A stretch of DNA of 64,000 bases from Diplonema japonicum (Eukaryota; Protista; Euglenozoa: Diplonemea): assembly GCA_964019335.1 (NCBI GenBank), contig OZ025683.1, positions 372,001 to 436,000 on the forward strand, written 5' to 3'. Positions within the stretch are counted from its first letter, which is position 1. Every line of letters begins with the position of its first letter. Below, piece by piece: positions 24,296-36,237 of the stretch. Position numbers and translations under genes: made by a program. The notes under the pieces are model-generated. The model ran no database searches and was not told the origin of the DNA. It was given only the letters and a program-made list of their open reading frames with translations.

Positions 24296-25579
24296 ATGGC
24301 CTCGACAACAAGCGAGTATGGTGGGAGCCACGGGGATGCACGGATAGCCAAGATGGCAGAGGAGATCGGGACACTTGTGGGGTACATGGAGGCGGCCATC
24401 GCCGACACGGAGGACGGAAGCGTGCTGGGGAGCTTTGTGCAAGGCAACGAAAACTGGGAGACCCTGCTGGGGCAGGTGCGGGTGGTCATGCAAGGCAAGC
24501 TTAACCAACGGAAACGGCAGCAGCAGCCCCTTCCTCCCGCCCCTCCTTCCCAACGAACCTACGTCGAAACCTTCTACTCCTCCTCTCGCAACTCTAAGAA
24601 AAAGCACCTCTCACACCAAGAAGAAAACCCTGAACATGACGGGTACATCTCAAAACACCTCTCACAGCACAGCCAGCCTTGCCAGGAGCCGCAAGAGGAA
24701 GAAGGAGATGCGTACAATTCATATGGACAACAACACCAACAACAACCCAAACGAGAAGAGGAAGAAGAAGAAGAGTACTATAGCAATGCACCACAACACC
24801 GGGGCCTGCAGGGGGAAGGGGTAGGCGTAGCTTCCGATGAATACGGGCACCTTTTGGAACGACGACAACAAGAACGTTACCAAGAAGAAGAAGAAGAAGA
24901 TTATGATGAACTCGGCAGCACACCACACCCACATCTCTCTCAGCACCGCGGACACCGCCCTTACCGGGAAGAGGAAGAACAGGAAGAGGTTGGCCGCGAC
25001 ATTACTGCACAAAACCAACGCCTAACCTACCAAGTTCCACAGGTGGAGGAGGAACATGCCGCATACTATGGACATCTCTTGCAACAACAACAACAACAAC
25101 AACAACAACCTTACCGAGAAACAGACGAGGAAGAAGAAGAATATGACGAGCAGAGCAGCACACCACACCAGCATCTCTCTCAGCACCACGAATTTGCCTC
25201 TTACCCAGAAGAGGGGTATGAAGAATATGATGGAGACGCCAAGCATCAAAATGATGAAGGGGACGGGCCCGCAGGCAGGCTAGCTTATGACGAGGACGGT
25301 GATGTGGTTCTGTGCACGGGAGGGCATGTGCTGAAGGTGACTAAAGTAGGCAAGGGGCCGGGGTGTTCTGGCTACGCCTCGCACCGGTGCAACCTGTGCA
25401 ACAGCACAGGCCTCACAGTGCATATTCTGCGATGCGACATTTGTGACTTCGATAGATGCATACAATGCCCTTGCTATGACGCGGAGGAGGAAGAGGAGGA
25501 GCAAGCCTTCCCCGCCCCTGCCCCTGCCCCAAAACCACCGAACTACATCCTCTCCCATCCTATCTACGACGATCTTTAG
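24296..25579 (+). CDS. Glu/Gln/His-rich protein with C-terminal Cys-rich zinc-finger-like motif
   Basis: Long ORF with internal repeats; C-terminal CNLC..RCDICDFDRCIQC. Confidence 0.7.
   Translation: MASTTSEYGGSHGDARIAKMAEEIGTLVGYMEAAIADTEDGSVLGSFVQGNENWETLLGQVRVVMQGKLNQRKRQQQPLPPAPPSQRTYVETFYSSSRNSKKKHLSHQEENPEHDGYISKHLSQHSQPCQEPQEEEGDAYNSYGQQHQQQPKREEEEEEEYYSNAPQHRGLQGEGVGVASDEYGHLLERRQQERYQEEEEEDYDELGSTPHPHLSQHRGHRPYREEEEQEEVGRDITAQNQRLTYQVPQVEEEHAAYYGHLLQQQQQQQQQPYRETDEEEEEYDEQSSTPHQHLSQHHEFASYPEEGYEEYDGDAKHQNDEGDGPAGRLAYDEDGDVVLCTGGHVLKVTKVGKGPGCSGYASHRCNLCNSTGLTVHILRCDICDFDRCIQCPCYDAEEEEEEQAFPAPAPAPKPPNYILSHPIYDDL
24885..25187 (+). repeat. Intragenic diverged repeat encoding EEEEYDE.xSTPHxHLSQH
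   Basis: Near-identical ~60-bp blocks at ~24885-24947 and ~25130-25187. Confidence 0.75.
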
Positions 25580-25770
25580 ATATTGCCCGAGAAGCTTTAG
25601 AAATTTGAGTGCGTTTTTTATTTTTATTAGTACCCCCCCCTATTGTAAATGTCTTTCCCCCCATTCTTTTACTTCTGTTTTGTACACTACGATTTTTTTT
25701 TTTTCATGTTTTTTTTTTTTTTTTTTTTTTTTTTCTAATGTATTTCCTACCACAGAAGGGGAGAGGAGAA

Positions 25771-26284
25771 ATGGGGTATTTACCGATACTAGAAGCAGCG
25801 GTGACAGGGGCATTGGCAGCCGATAAAGGTATGGGGGAGAGAAATAATCAATACCCCCCCCCCCCCCCCCTTCCCCTCATTAGATTCACGAGATCACCAC
25901 GAGTTGAAACGAAAAACTGCAAGATGGGAACACAGGGTGAAGGTGCTGAACCAAGAGCAAGTAGAGCAGGGTCTGCGGCAGACAGACATACAGCGAGCGG
26001 TGCAGAAGGTCAGGCTAGCTGAGGCGAATCGGCAGAATGTCATGGCCAACCTCGCAACAGGCAAAGCGGCTATCAGCGATGTGCAACGTTACTCTGTTGT
26101 GGCTCCGCCTCCCGTAGCCAGCTCCCTCCTCCTAGCAGAACATTCTAAAAACATAACCGCGAGAAAAATACTCGGAAATAGGCACAAAACCCACACTACC
26201 GAACACCGCCACATCGGCCAGCACCAACAAGGGCATCACCACACGTACCGACACCATCACTTGATACCCCACCCTGTGCATTGA
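25771..26284 (+). CDS. Hypothetical protein with His-rich C-terminus, 2 exons
   Basis: Intron 25829-25883 (GTATG..TAG) joins ATG 25771 in frame to the 25904-26284 ORF. Confidence 0.6.
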
Positions 26285-26397
26285 ATTCTTTTTTTTTTTT
26301 TATTTCTTTTTTTTTTTTTTTTTTTCTTCTTCGTTCTTTTTTAGTTTACACGTCGAGAAAAGGTGTTTTTTTACACGTTTCCATTTAGTTGAAAGGG

Positions 26398-26432
<35 letters not shown>

Positions 26433-26549
26433 CTAAAACCTCAAACCAAAAAAAAAAAAAAGAAAACCGCGAAAGGAGGCAGGGAAAAAAAAAAAAAAAG
26501 AAAAGAAAAAAAAAAAAATACTGATTCCAAAAAAAAAAGAAGAAAAAAA

Positions 26550-27425
26550 ATGGAGGACGACCTGGAGTGCATCATGGTTGTAGTTAAGTCCGTCACGGGG
26601 GACCTGTACGACTTGGTGGTCGACAGGAAAGGAACGGTGGCCGATGTCAAAGAGGCTTTCGAGGACCAGCACGAGATCCCCGCAGAGGAGCAGCGACTGA
26701 TTTATAAAGGGTGTGTTCTGAACCAATACATGAGCTTGGACAACCTAGGGGTACGGGAAGGCGACACATTGTACTACAGCAGAAGCAAAAAGGAAAAACC
26801 GCAGCAGCTTACACTGCCGAAAGAGGAAACCCCAGACCCCCAGAACGCGATGATGGCGCCCATCTTGGACATGTTAGGAAACAACCCCGAGATGATGCGG
26901 TCAATGATGACAGCTGCAAACCCGAATCTTTCAAAGGCAATGGAAACGAACCCACAAATAGCTGCTGTTATGAACGACCCAAATACCATGAAACAAGCTG
27001 CAGAGATGATGCGCAACCCAGGGTTGATGCAAGAAATGTCTCGGAATATGGACAGACAGGTCACACAGATCATGAACACCCCTGGGGGTTCGCAGCACCT
27101 CGAGCGTGCGTTTCACGATTTAGAGAGCACGGGGCCGACTCTACCCGAAATGCACTTCCAACCTTCTATTCCTGCGCCGCCTCCCAACATCCCTCTTCCC
27201 AATCCGTGGAGCAACCAGCAGCCTGTGATGCCAGTTGTACCACAAGCTATACCTCAGCAAGATTACTCATCTCAGGTATGGGGGGGGGGAAATTTTAAAA
27301 AAAAAAATTCTTAGCTGCGGTATATGAACGAAATGGGTTTCAACGACAATCATGCTAACCTGCTAGCGCTGCAGGCCACCAATGGCGATGTTGACAGTGC
27401 TGTGAATAGGTTGCTTAATAAATGA
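26550..27425 (+). CDS. Ubiquilin/Dsk2-like UBL-STI1-UBA protein, 2 exons
   Basis: UBL (QRLIYKG), NP/M-rich STI1 region; intron 27276-27314 adds the UBA domain EMGF..ANLLALQATNGDVDSAVNRLL. Confidence 0.92.
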
Positions 27426-27488
27426 TGTGTTTTCTTTTTCTTTTTTTTAGGCGATCCTGTCACATACTGCAGGTTCCCTTCAAAGACA

Positions 27489-27523
<35 letters not shown>

Positions 27524-28642
27524 CGCGAGCGCGGCCGGTGAGCGCAAAAACGCATACCTTAAAAGAATAGTTTTTTTTTTTTTTTTTTTTTTTTTGTTTC
27601 TAAAGGAAAGAAAGAGAAAAAGAAAAGCGTGCGAGATATATATATTTTCTTTTTTTTTTTTTTTTTTTTTTTAACCTAGCTCTGTGGTGGGCGGATTGCT
27701 TTTTTTTTTTTTTTTTTTTTTCCTTCTTTTTTTACAGTATTCTCCCCCCTCCCCTCCCCCGGCCTCATGAAGAACGCAAGGACAAAGACGTCAGCATGCA
27801 GTCCTCCTAACTTTGATGTCGGGGGGAAAGCAAACAAAAACTGGAGAATAAGAAAGAAAAAAAAGAGAAGAAGAAAAAGAAAACCATGTATTTCGGGGTG
27901 CCGTTGGGGGAAACTTTGTTTGGACATCGGGAGCCAGACTGCCTACCCCCCCCTACTTTTATCTCTCGTTTTTTTCCCTTCTTTTTTCCCCTTTCTTCTT
28001 ATTTAGGGAGTTAGGGTTTTTAGAGGGGTGAGAGGGCAGTTTTTCAGGGGATACAGCGACACTCGCAGCGCTGGCCTCCCCACTGGGGCAAAAGAAAAAA
28101 AAAAAAAGAAAAAAAAACCCTCCACCTATATGGTCGAATTCCCTGTTCGCATTCGCCCCCTCCCCCCCTACGGGATACATTAAAAATCTAAAAAAAAAAA
28201 GAAAATGATATCTGTTTCTTTATTTTTGCATCACCTTTTTTTTTTTTTCTTCCCTATATTGGGCAATACTCTGGTAACCCCCCCCCCCCCCCCCCCCCCC
28301 CATCCAGTCCTTTTTGGGAGGTGAGGTAAACTCTTTTTTTTTTTCTTAAACTCTCTTCGGGGGGCGGTCTGGCTTTCTGACAACAGACACCAGAAGGACG
28401 CGATGCCACCGTGCTTAATGTTGATAAGCAACACCCTCAAAAAATGTTTCCTGTAAATGTAGCCTTCTGGCCTTCAATGCCACCCTTCTTCGTTAGGAAG
28501 GAGCATTGCTGTCTCATGCACGAACTTCCCATCGGGAGTTGTTCTAGCGGGAGAGGGGGGGAAGGCGGCATCCAAAAGCCGATTTAGGTACTTTTCTTGG
28601 GGATTAAGCGAATTACCCTTGTCTCTTTTCTTTTTCTTCTTT

Positions 28643-28689
<47 letters not shown>

Positions 28690-29435
28690 TAAAGAACAAG
28701 GTTAATAAAGGAGATCAACGGAGAGTGTTTTTGAGTTGCAAACCCCAATGTACAAACGGCCCAGTTTTTTTATTTATTTTTTTTTTTAATTGATGTATAA
28801 GTTCGGTGATGGGAAAAAGGGAGAGAAAGAAGATGGAAGGAAGAAGAAAAAAAAAAGATTGGGTGCCAGTGCGCACAAACGAAGTGGTTTGTTTCTCTTT
28901 CCTTTTTTTTTTTTTTTTATTTTATTATTTTTTTTTTATTTCTCTCTCCAAATCTCTTTTTTATTTTTTTATTTTTCTTCTTCTCTTTCCCACCCCTTCC
29001 CCCTTCTAAAACGGAAACTTCTGCTGGTTTTCTTATTTGCCGACTTATCTCTAAAAAAAAAAAGAAAGAAAAAAAAAAAAAACGGTAATTATTTTTCTTA
29101 TAAGTTTTACAGTATTTGTTTTTCTCCAACAACCCCTCGCATTAAGAAAAAAAGGGGGGCAAAAAGAGAAGCACCCAAAAAAAAAAAAAAAAAAACTCCC
29201 CCAAAAAAAAAAATCTTTCCCGCGGGTTTACAGGCCTCTTCTTCTTTTTTTTTTTTTTTTTTCTTTTTTTTTTTTGAGAAAAAAAAAAAATCGAAGAAAA
29301 AAAAAAAAAGAAAGAAGAAGAAGAAAAAAAAAACCCACACAAAAAAAAAAAAACACTTTTTTTTTTCTTCTATTTATTCTTAAGACACGACCACATAAAA
29401 CACATCACAAAAGGAGAGAGGGGAAAAAAAAAAGA

Positions 29436-29831
29436 ATGGCGGAATCTAGAACAATAATACAATACATAATTGTGCGAGAAGATCTTGCCCGAGACCTACA
29501 CTGGGCAGCGGGTGCTGTTGTGGCGCAGTGTTGCCATGCTTCTACAGCAGCAATATGGGAAAATGCAGACGACGATCTGACTAAAGAATATCTGCACCCT
29601 GACAATATCAATAGAATGCACAAGGTGGTGCTGAAATGCAAGAATCTCTCCGAGCTTTTGAAGCTACAAACCAAGGTGAAAGAAAACGGAATCCCCCACA
29701 AACTATGGCTGGAGCTCCCCGAGGAAACACCCACAGCGTTGGCCACAAAACCCATCATAAAAGAAGAATTTTGTGGCGTATTCAAGAAGATGCAGCTGTA
29801 CAGAGATAACATTGTGAAAGCGGTTGGTTGA
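29436..29831 (+). CDS. PTH2-family peptidyl-tRNA hydrolase, PTRHD1-like
   Basis: QYIIVREDL..GAVVAQCCHAS..MHKVVL..HKLWLELPE..PTALATKP. Confidence 0.88.
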   Translation: MAESRTIIQYIIVREDLARDLHWAAGAVVAQCCHASTAAIWENADDDLTKEYLHPDNINRMHKVVLKCKNLSELLKLQTKVKENGIPHKLWLELPEETPTALATKPIIKEEFCGVFKKMQLYRDNIVKAVG

Positions 29832-29906
29832 AGAATTTTTTTTTTTTTCCCTTTTTTTTCCCCTTCTCCATCGACAAGAAAACCAAGGGAGAAAAAAAAA
29901 AAAAAA

Positions 29907-30311
29907 ATGGAAACCAAAGAAACATGGTGGGACCAACGCATCCAGCAGCGGCTGCAGTCCCACCGGAGACCTGAAGGATGGAAATCCTGTGAGGTGCCCT
30001 TGAAGCCATCTCGTGAGACCGTCAACTTCGACGTGCTTCTCAAAGAGCAACGGAAGCAGCACCAAGCCCTTCTAGCTGCTGACCAAGCCTACCGATCGAC
30101 CCTTTCCTCCCTGCCCCCGTTGCCCGAGGAGTGGTCCCGACCTGCCCCTCGCAATTGTTCCCTGCCATACGGGAAGAAATCGTTTTTCGCTTGCCTCCGC
30201 TCGACCGAGGTGAAAACCCCGTGTCCTCCTCCCAAGGAACCACCCCTTCCCGCTGAGCCCGTGCTGCCACAGCTTGACGCTGCGTTCTTCCCTGTCCCAA
30301 AGGTTCGCTGA
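29907..30311 (+). CDS. Hypothetical Pro-rich protein (possibly a 5' exon of the next gene)
   Basis: ATG after an A-tract, coding-like composition, no recognised domain. Confidence 0.5.
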   Translation: METKETWWDQRIQQRLQSHRRPEGWKSCEVPLKPSRETVNFDVLLKEQRKQHQALLAADQAYRSTLSSLPPLPEEWSRPAPRNCSLPYGKKSFFACLRSTEVKTPCPPPKEPPLPAEPVLPQLDAAFFPVPKVR

Positions 30312-30348
30312 TGGATGTATCCTTTTTTATTTTTTATTTTTGTGTATT

Positions 30349-30384
<36 letters not shown>

Positions 30385-30440
30385 CCGTTTCACTCCACAA
30401 CATACCCCTCTCCAGAAGGCAGGGTCGCAGCGGACATCAA

Positions 30441-31559
30441 ATGAACCCTCAAGACATCTTCGGCATGATGGGCGGTGGTGGGATGAACATGGCAGACCTG
30501 TTCGGCGGCGGTATGGGAGGTGGTGGTATGGGCGGCGGTGTAAGGAAAAGAAGGGGCAGGGACGTCGGTGTGAGGGTGCCGGTCGACTTGGAGACGCTGT
30601 ACACCGGGGGGAAGAAGGACGTCACCGAACTACCGAGAACATGCCTGTGCCCGGGGTGCAAGGGGACGGGGAGCAAGAATGCGAAGAAAAACGAGTGCTC
30701 CGACTGCGGAGGGAAAGGGATGAAACTGATCAGAAGGATGCTCGGCCCCGGCATGGTCCAGCAAATGCAGGTCCCGTGCGACAAGTGCGAAGGGCAGGGC
30801 AACGTGATCAAGGAAAAGGACAAATGCAAAGAGTGCAACGGGCAGAAGTGCAAGGAAGTGGAGAGAACGCTCAAGGTGAAGATCACCCGTGGGATGAAGG
30901 ACGGGACCCAAATCCCCTTTGAGGGAGAAGGCGACCACACCCCCGACATCGACATCCCCGGCGCGGTGGTGGTTGTCCTTCAGCAAGAACCCCACAAGAA
31001 GTTCCAAAGAGAGGGCGACGACCTCATCATGAACCAGACCATCACCCTGCAGGAGGCACTTATGGGATGCGCCTTTGAACTCGTTCATCTTGATGGCCGA
31101 AAGTTGTACGTGCGATCCCCTAAGGACAAGGTCATTGTGCCTGATATGAAGCTTGTACTGAAGGGTGAGGGTATGCCCTCTGAACACGACGATAAGAGGG
31201 GCGACCTCATCGTCACCTTCTCCTTGGAGTTCCCCAGAACGCTTGATGACGAACAATGTGAAATGCTCAAGAAATGCCTTCCTTCTGGGATCAAGCAGGA
31301 CAAGGACCACCCGGTGTGTAATTGGGGAAATGGAGGTGGGGGGGGGAAAAAAAAATTTTTTTTTAATAGGCTGGTGAGGAACCGGAAGAGTGCTTCATGG
31401 ATGACTACACCACCGAGACCTGGAAGCAGATGGCGAAGATTGGTGAGGATGAAGAAGAAGATGAAGAAGAAGAGGGTGGCACTCAGGTATGTGGGGGGGG
31501 GGGGGGGGGGAAATATTTCACGAAAAAAAAAATAGACGGCGAGGTGTGCGACCCAGTAG
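30441..31559 (+). CDS. Type I DnaJ/Hsp40 (DNAJA-like), J domain not found; at least 3 exons
   Basis: G/F region, four CxxCxGxG-type repeats, C-terminal domains; introns 31314-31369 and 31487-31535 give the CaaX end CATQ. Confidence 0.85.
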
Positions 31560-32490
31560 GTGAATTTGGAAAAAAAGAAAAAAATCTAACCTTTGGTTTT
31601 ATCCCCCCCCCCCCAACCAAGAAGCCCACACACTACCTGTCGGTTTTGTTTTTTTTTGTTCATTATTTTTTATTTCTCTACTACCCCCTTTTTTTTACTA
31701 TTGTTTTCCTTTTTTTTTTAGAAAAAAAAAATCAAATTCTGAGAACAAAAAGAAAATATGGAGCATAATCGACTGCAGGTAAAAAAAAAAAGAAAGAAAA
31801 AAGGGGGAAAAAAAATAAAATAATAAAAAAACACCCCTCTTTTTTTAAGAAACCCGCACACTCATCCTTTCCTGTCCTTTTTTATCTTCCCCTATCGTTT
31901 TTTTTTGTTTTTTTTACATCATTCTCCCCCCCCCCCCCCCCGTCCCGTAATTTTTTCACACAAAACAGTGTTTTCCTCCTGATTGTTCAAAAAGAAAAAA
32001 AGAGGGAATAAGAAGAGATAAAAAAAAAGTAGGGAGTATGGAGGGGGGGAAAAAATGTGATCTATTTTTTTAGTACTTCCCTTTATTTTTTTTTCGCTTT
32101 TCCTTCCAAAAAGCTTTGAAGAGGAAGAAAAAAATCCACCCCCCCCCCTTTGGTTTCTTCCCATATCCTCTCCCTTAAAGAAAGGACATAGTATTTTTTT
32201 TTTTTGCTTTATTTTTTTCGGTTAAAAATTATCTTCCTTACTTATTGGTTTTTTTTTTTCTTATTTTTTTTTTTTTTAAATGGAGAATGTCAAAATAGGG
32301 GTACAGAATTTAGGATTTGAATGGGTCTTAACAACTACAGAAAAAGGTATTATGTGTAATCTGGAAGAAAAAAAAATTTTTTTTTTTTGTCACTCCGGCA
32401 ATTCTTATGGACTTAAGACGGCCAGGGCTAAATTCTGTACCCCTCTTTTATAAGAAGATTCCCTATAGGAAATTACGTTTGTTAGTTCTC

Positions 32491-32684
32491 ATGGCGAAGA
32501 GGACGCGGAGACATGAAGCAACCATGAGCGATGCGCTGGGAGAGGCCTTTGTGTTGATTGCAGTTTTGATCACTGTCACTGTTGCTATAATGTTGATGTG
32601 GAGAAGGTTCTGGAGCCCGGTCAGGCAGTACAGTGACTACTTGGAAAACAGAACACCTCTACCTAAAGGGTTTATGAGAAAGTG

Positions 32685-32685
<1 letters not shown>
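32491..32685 (+). CDS. Small single-pass membrane protein, paralogue 1
   Basis: 64 aa with one TM helix; clear protein-level match to the adjacent ORF. Confidence 0.75.
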
Positions 32686-32716
<31 letters not shown>

Positions 32717-32718
<2 letters not shown>

Positions 32719-32914
32719 GCCGACCCGGCGGCTTCGCAAAGGTGACATCTCTGCCGCCGACTCTCTTGGTGAAGCCTTCGTCCTTTTGCTGGTGTTGTGC
32801 ATTCTGACCATATGCATAATGCTGATGTGGAAACGGTTTTGGAACCCGGTTAAGCAGTACAGCGATCACCTTGAGAACAAAACCCCCCTTCCTAAGGGGT
32901 TCATGAAGAATTGA
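32717..32914 (+). CDS. Small single-pass membrane protein, paralogue 2
   Basis: 65 aa; shares LGEAFVL, IMLMW.RFW.PV.QYSD.LEN.TPLPKGFM with paralogue 1. Confidence 0.75.
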
Positions 32915-33044
32915 GGTGGAGAGAGAAGAAGAAAAAAAGGAGGGGGAACTTTTGTAAAATATAGAACATAGACCCCCCTCTTTTTTTTTTTCCGTTCTCC
33001 CTGAACTCGAAAAAAAAAAGAAAAAGGGGGGGAATAAAAAAAAA

Positions 33045-33186
33045 ATGTCTCAAGCATCATGTAAAATAGCAGTGCTGCTGTCGGGAAGCGGCAGCACACT
33101 GCAAAATATCTTCAACCATATCGATAATGGGTGCATGACCGGGGTGGCGGTGGAACTCGTGGTTTCTTCGAGGGTATCGTTTCTCT

Positions 33187-33226
<40 letters not shown>

Positions 33227-33804
33227 TCACTTAAGGCTGACGCGTACGGCTTGGAAAGAGCGAAACAACGCCAGGTGCCGACAGTGGTTGTGGAATCAAA
33301 GAGGTATCCCCCCCCCCCCCCCCTTATTCCAAAAAAATTAGGTTTAGAGACACGGAAACGAAGGTAACGGACTGGAAATGCATGTCCGCAGAAATATGCG
33401 AAATTTTGAAGAAGCATGAGATCGACCTTGTGATCCTTGCAGGGTATATGTGCATGTTTATTGTGCCTCCTGAGTATAACAACAAGGTCATGAATGTTCA
33501 CCCAGCCCTTATCCCTGCCTTCTCTGGCCAGGGTATGTATGGCGACCGTGTGCACAAGGCCGTTGTGTCGCGGGGTGCCAAACTCACAGGGTGCACGGTG
33601 CACTTTGTCACCAATGAATACGACGATGGCCCGATCATTCTCCAGAAGCACATGCCTGTGACATCCTCGATGTCGTGGGAGGAGGTGCAGAATGGTGTGC
33701 AGCAGCTTGAAAGACAAGCGTACCCGGAAGCCATCTTTTTGTACGCAGCAGGGAGGCTCGACGTCAAGGACGGGCTTGTGACCATCAAAGAATCCTCCCG
33801 GTGA
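33045..33804 (+). CDS. purN: Phosphoribosylglycinamide formyltransferase (stand-alone), 3 exons
   Basis: IAVLLSGSGSTLQ, ADAYGLERA, LAGYM, NVHPALIPAF and GCTVHFVTNEYDDGPII; introns 33174-33235 and 33304-33341. Confidence 0.94.
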
Positions 33805-34079
33805 TCTGATTTTGAATTTTTTTTTTTTTTTTTTTTCACACATACAGTGTTCTTTTCTAATCTCCCAAAAAAAAAAAAAAAAAAAAAAACGGAGAGTTTC
33901 ATTCTATATATCTATTTTTTTTTTCTTTCGAGAAAGTGCCTTGACGTCGGGGAAAAGAAAACGGAGGGATGGGGGAGAAAAAAAAATCTCTAGTAATAGC
34001 CCGTATTCTGTTGTCCAGTTCTTCTTCCAAAAAAAAAAAATCTGAATCCTTAAAGGAGGGAGGGGGGGGGGGGGGGGAA

Positions 34080-34910
34080 ATGAGCAAATTCTGCCAACTC
34101 GTGATGGGCCCCGCGGGGAGCGGGAAATCAACGTACTGTAGAGTGATGCAAGAACACGGGAAGCAGTTGGGACGCACAGTCCATGTCATCAACATGGACC
34201 CGGCGTGCGAAGAATTTACCTATCAGGCGTCAGGCGACATCCGCGAGCTGATCACAGTAGATGAGGTACTTGACGAACAGCTACTTGGGCCCAACGGAGG
34301 ACTCCTCTACGCATTCGAGTACATGATAGAAAACGCCACATGGCTGGAGGACCAGATCGACGATTTTACTGAGGACTACATCATCATGGACCTCCCCGGT
34401 CAAATAGAGCTTTTCACCCATGTGGGTGTCCTCCCACAAATGATCAAATCCCTGCAATCTCAAGGGTACCATGTAGGCGGGGTGTATCTAATGGACTCTA
34501 GTGTCGTGCTTTCTGACATCAACAAATATATAGCTAGCACCATAACCTGTCTTTCTGCGATGCTTCTCTTGGAGATACCCCATGTGAATTTGCTTTCTAA
34601 AATGGACCTTACCAAGCGGGTCGCGCCGATAGATCAGATATCGGAGTACTTGACTTGTGATTGGGAGCGGTTGCTGGCGGACCCCCGGCGGAGGGAGGAG
34701 ATCCCCCCCAGGCTGCTCTCGTTGACCGTGACCATCGGGTCCTTGCTAGACCAGTTCCCCATGGTGTCCTACCACCCTTTGGACGTGACGGACATCGGGT
34801 CCGTATCCTCTGTGATGTGCCTTGTCGACAGGATCCTGCAGTACGAAGACGACGATGAAGGTCGGGAGAGGAAAGAGAACGAAGAAGAGGAACAACAGCA
34901 CGAGGAGTGA
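34080..34910 (+). CDS. GPN3: GPN-loop GTPase (GPN3-like)
   Basis: QLVMGPAGSGKSTYC, NMDPA, LGPNGGL, DLPGQIELFTH, PHVNLLSKMDL. Confidence 0.88.
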   Translation: MSKFCQLVMGPAGSGKSTYCRVMQEHGKQLGRTVHVINMDPACEEFTYQASGDIRELITVDEVLDEQLLGPNGGLLYAFEYMIENATWLEDQIDDFTEDYIIMDLPGQIELFTHVGVLPQMIKSLQSQGYHVGGVYLMDSSVVLSDINKYIASTITCLSAMLLLEIPHVNLLSKMDLTKRVAPIDQISEYLTCDWERLLADPRRREEIPPRLLSLTVTIGSLLDQFPMVSYHPLDVTDIGSVSSVMCLVDRILQYEDDDEGRERKENEEEEQQHEE

Positions 34911-35037
34911 AGTGGGAAAAAAAAAAAAGAAAAAAGAAAAAAAAAAAATCATCCTTTTTTTTTTTTTTTTTTTTTTTATAAACGCCATTCCCCCCACAAA
35001 AAGAAGAAAAAAAAAAAGCACAGATGATGGGGGAGAA

Positions 35038-36237
35038 ATGTCTGAAGACACGATCATCAACAACATCCTGCGGATTATTCCTTGCGGGGGGTCTCTGCAC
35101 ATCTATGATCTAGCACGGTGGTGGGAGAGCGAGAGCCTTGGCAGGTTGTGGGGCGACCCGGATGTGTTTGTCTCCCGACGGCACGACATCTTCACGTACC
35201 GCGCAGGGCTTGTGAGCGTGGCACGGCATGGTGTGGACTGGAGCACAAGCCTGCGGGACGACTTGCGTGCCTCAACAGAAGGCATCCGCCACACAAAGAT
35301 GTCACGCACTGACGCTGCACCCGTTGCCACCACTTATGTCTCGCCCAAGCGGGGCCTCAGTGTCAGCACACCCACCTTGACAGCACTTCAACGTGCTGTG
35401 GACCGCAAGGGCCCCATGTCACCAGCACCTGTGGCCGTGTCCACCAAGACAACCCCCACCACCCTCCCTCGGCCTCCTGCACAGAAAAACGTTGACAATG
35501 GGCTTCTTATCGCGACATACGGAGGTGTGCTTGCCAGCCTGCGGATGATACAGAACCAGGGGGACAGAGAGGTCTTGAAGTGTGCGTTGGACTCTTCTGC
35601 AGAGATCGTCAACGACAAGGATGCTTTCAAGGCGCTTGTTTTGGAGTGGATCGACGAGAAGTACGGGTCGCAGTTGGAGAAAACACACCCCACGGCACCA
35701 CCACCACCACCCGCCACCCCCGACTACGAGGTGCCATACACCCCTCACCAGGAGTACAAGGGTGTTGTTGACCTAGTGACGTCAAGCGGTGGGAAGTACG
35801 AGCTGTCTGTTGGTGCCAGTACCGTTGGGTTGGGGAGCACTGGGAACTTCATTGCCAAAGGTGCACGGCCCTTTGCTACACAGAAGGAGGTCTCCCCGTG
35901 GGTGGGCGTTCAGTTCCATGAACTATCCGTGAAGCCTACCCACTACACTCTGGCATACCACCCTTGCAGCGGTGTGCTACCCCCTTTGAATTGGTGTCTT
36001 GAAGGTCTTGTCGACCCCACCACTGGGCATGGGCAGTGGCAAACCCTCTCGTCACATGAAGAAGACGCCTCGTACGGCCCGCCCGGCAACAACGAAGTCG
36101 TTGTCTCCTTCAAGCTCCAGCCCGCCACAGGGTATTACAAAGCCTTCCGCATCAGGCTCACGCCTACTGGAGCACCGCAAACCCTTCCCGTGTCGGGGTT
36201 TGAGATCTATGGTGCTGTTCAGGTGGACAGAACGTGA
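35038..36237 (+). CDS. Protein with C-terminal F5/8-type-C / galactose-binding-like domain
   Basis: SVKPTHYTL..NWCLEG..WQTLSSH..YKAFRI..SGFEIYG. Confidence 0.7.
   Translation: MSEDTIINNILRIIPCGGSLHIYDLARWWESESLGRLWGDPDVFVSRRHDIFTYRAGLVSVARHGVDWSTSLRDDLRASTEGIRHTKMSRTDAAPVATTYVSPKRGLSVSTPTLTALQRAVDRKGPMSPAPVAVSTKTTPTTLPRPPAQKNVDNGLLIATYGGVLASLRMIQNQGDREVLKCALDSSAEIVNDKDAFKALVLEWIDEKYGSQLEKTHPTAPPPPPATPDYEVPYTPHQEYKGVVDLVTSSGGKYELSVGASTVGLGSTGNFIAKGARPFATQKEVSPWVGVQFHELSVKPTHYTLAYHPCSGVLPPLNWCLEGLVDPTTGHGQWQTLSSHEEDASYGPPGNNEVVVSFKLQPATGYYKAFRIRLTPTGAPQTLPVSGFEIYGAVQVDRT

Noticed and set aside
27500-29400. Poly-Lys/poly-Phe ORFs here and in other intergenic regions
   Set aside because: Translations of homopolymer runs
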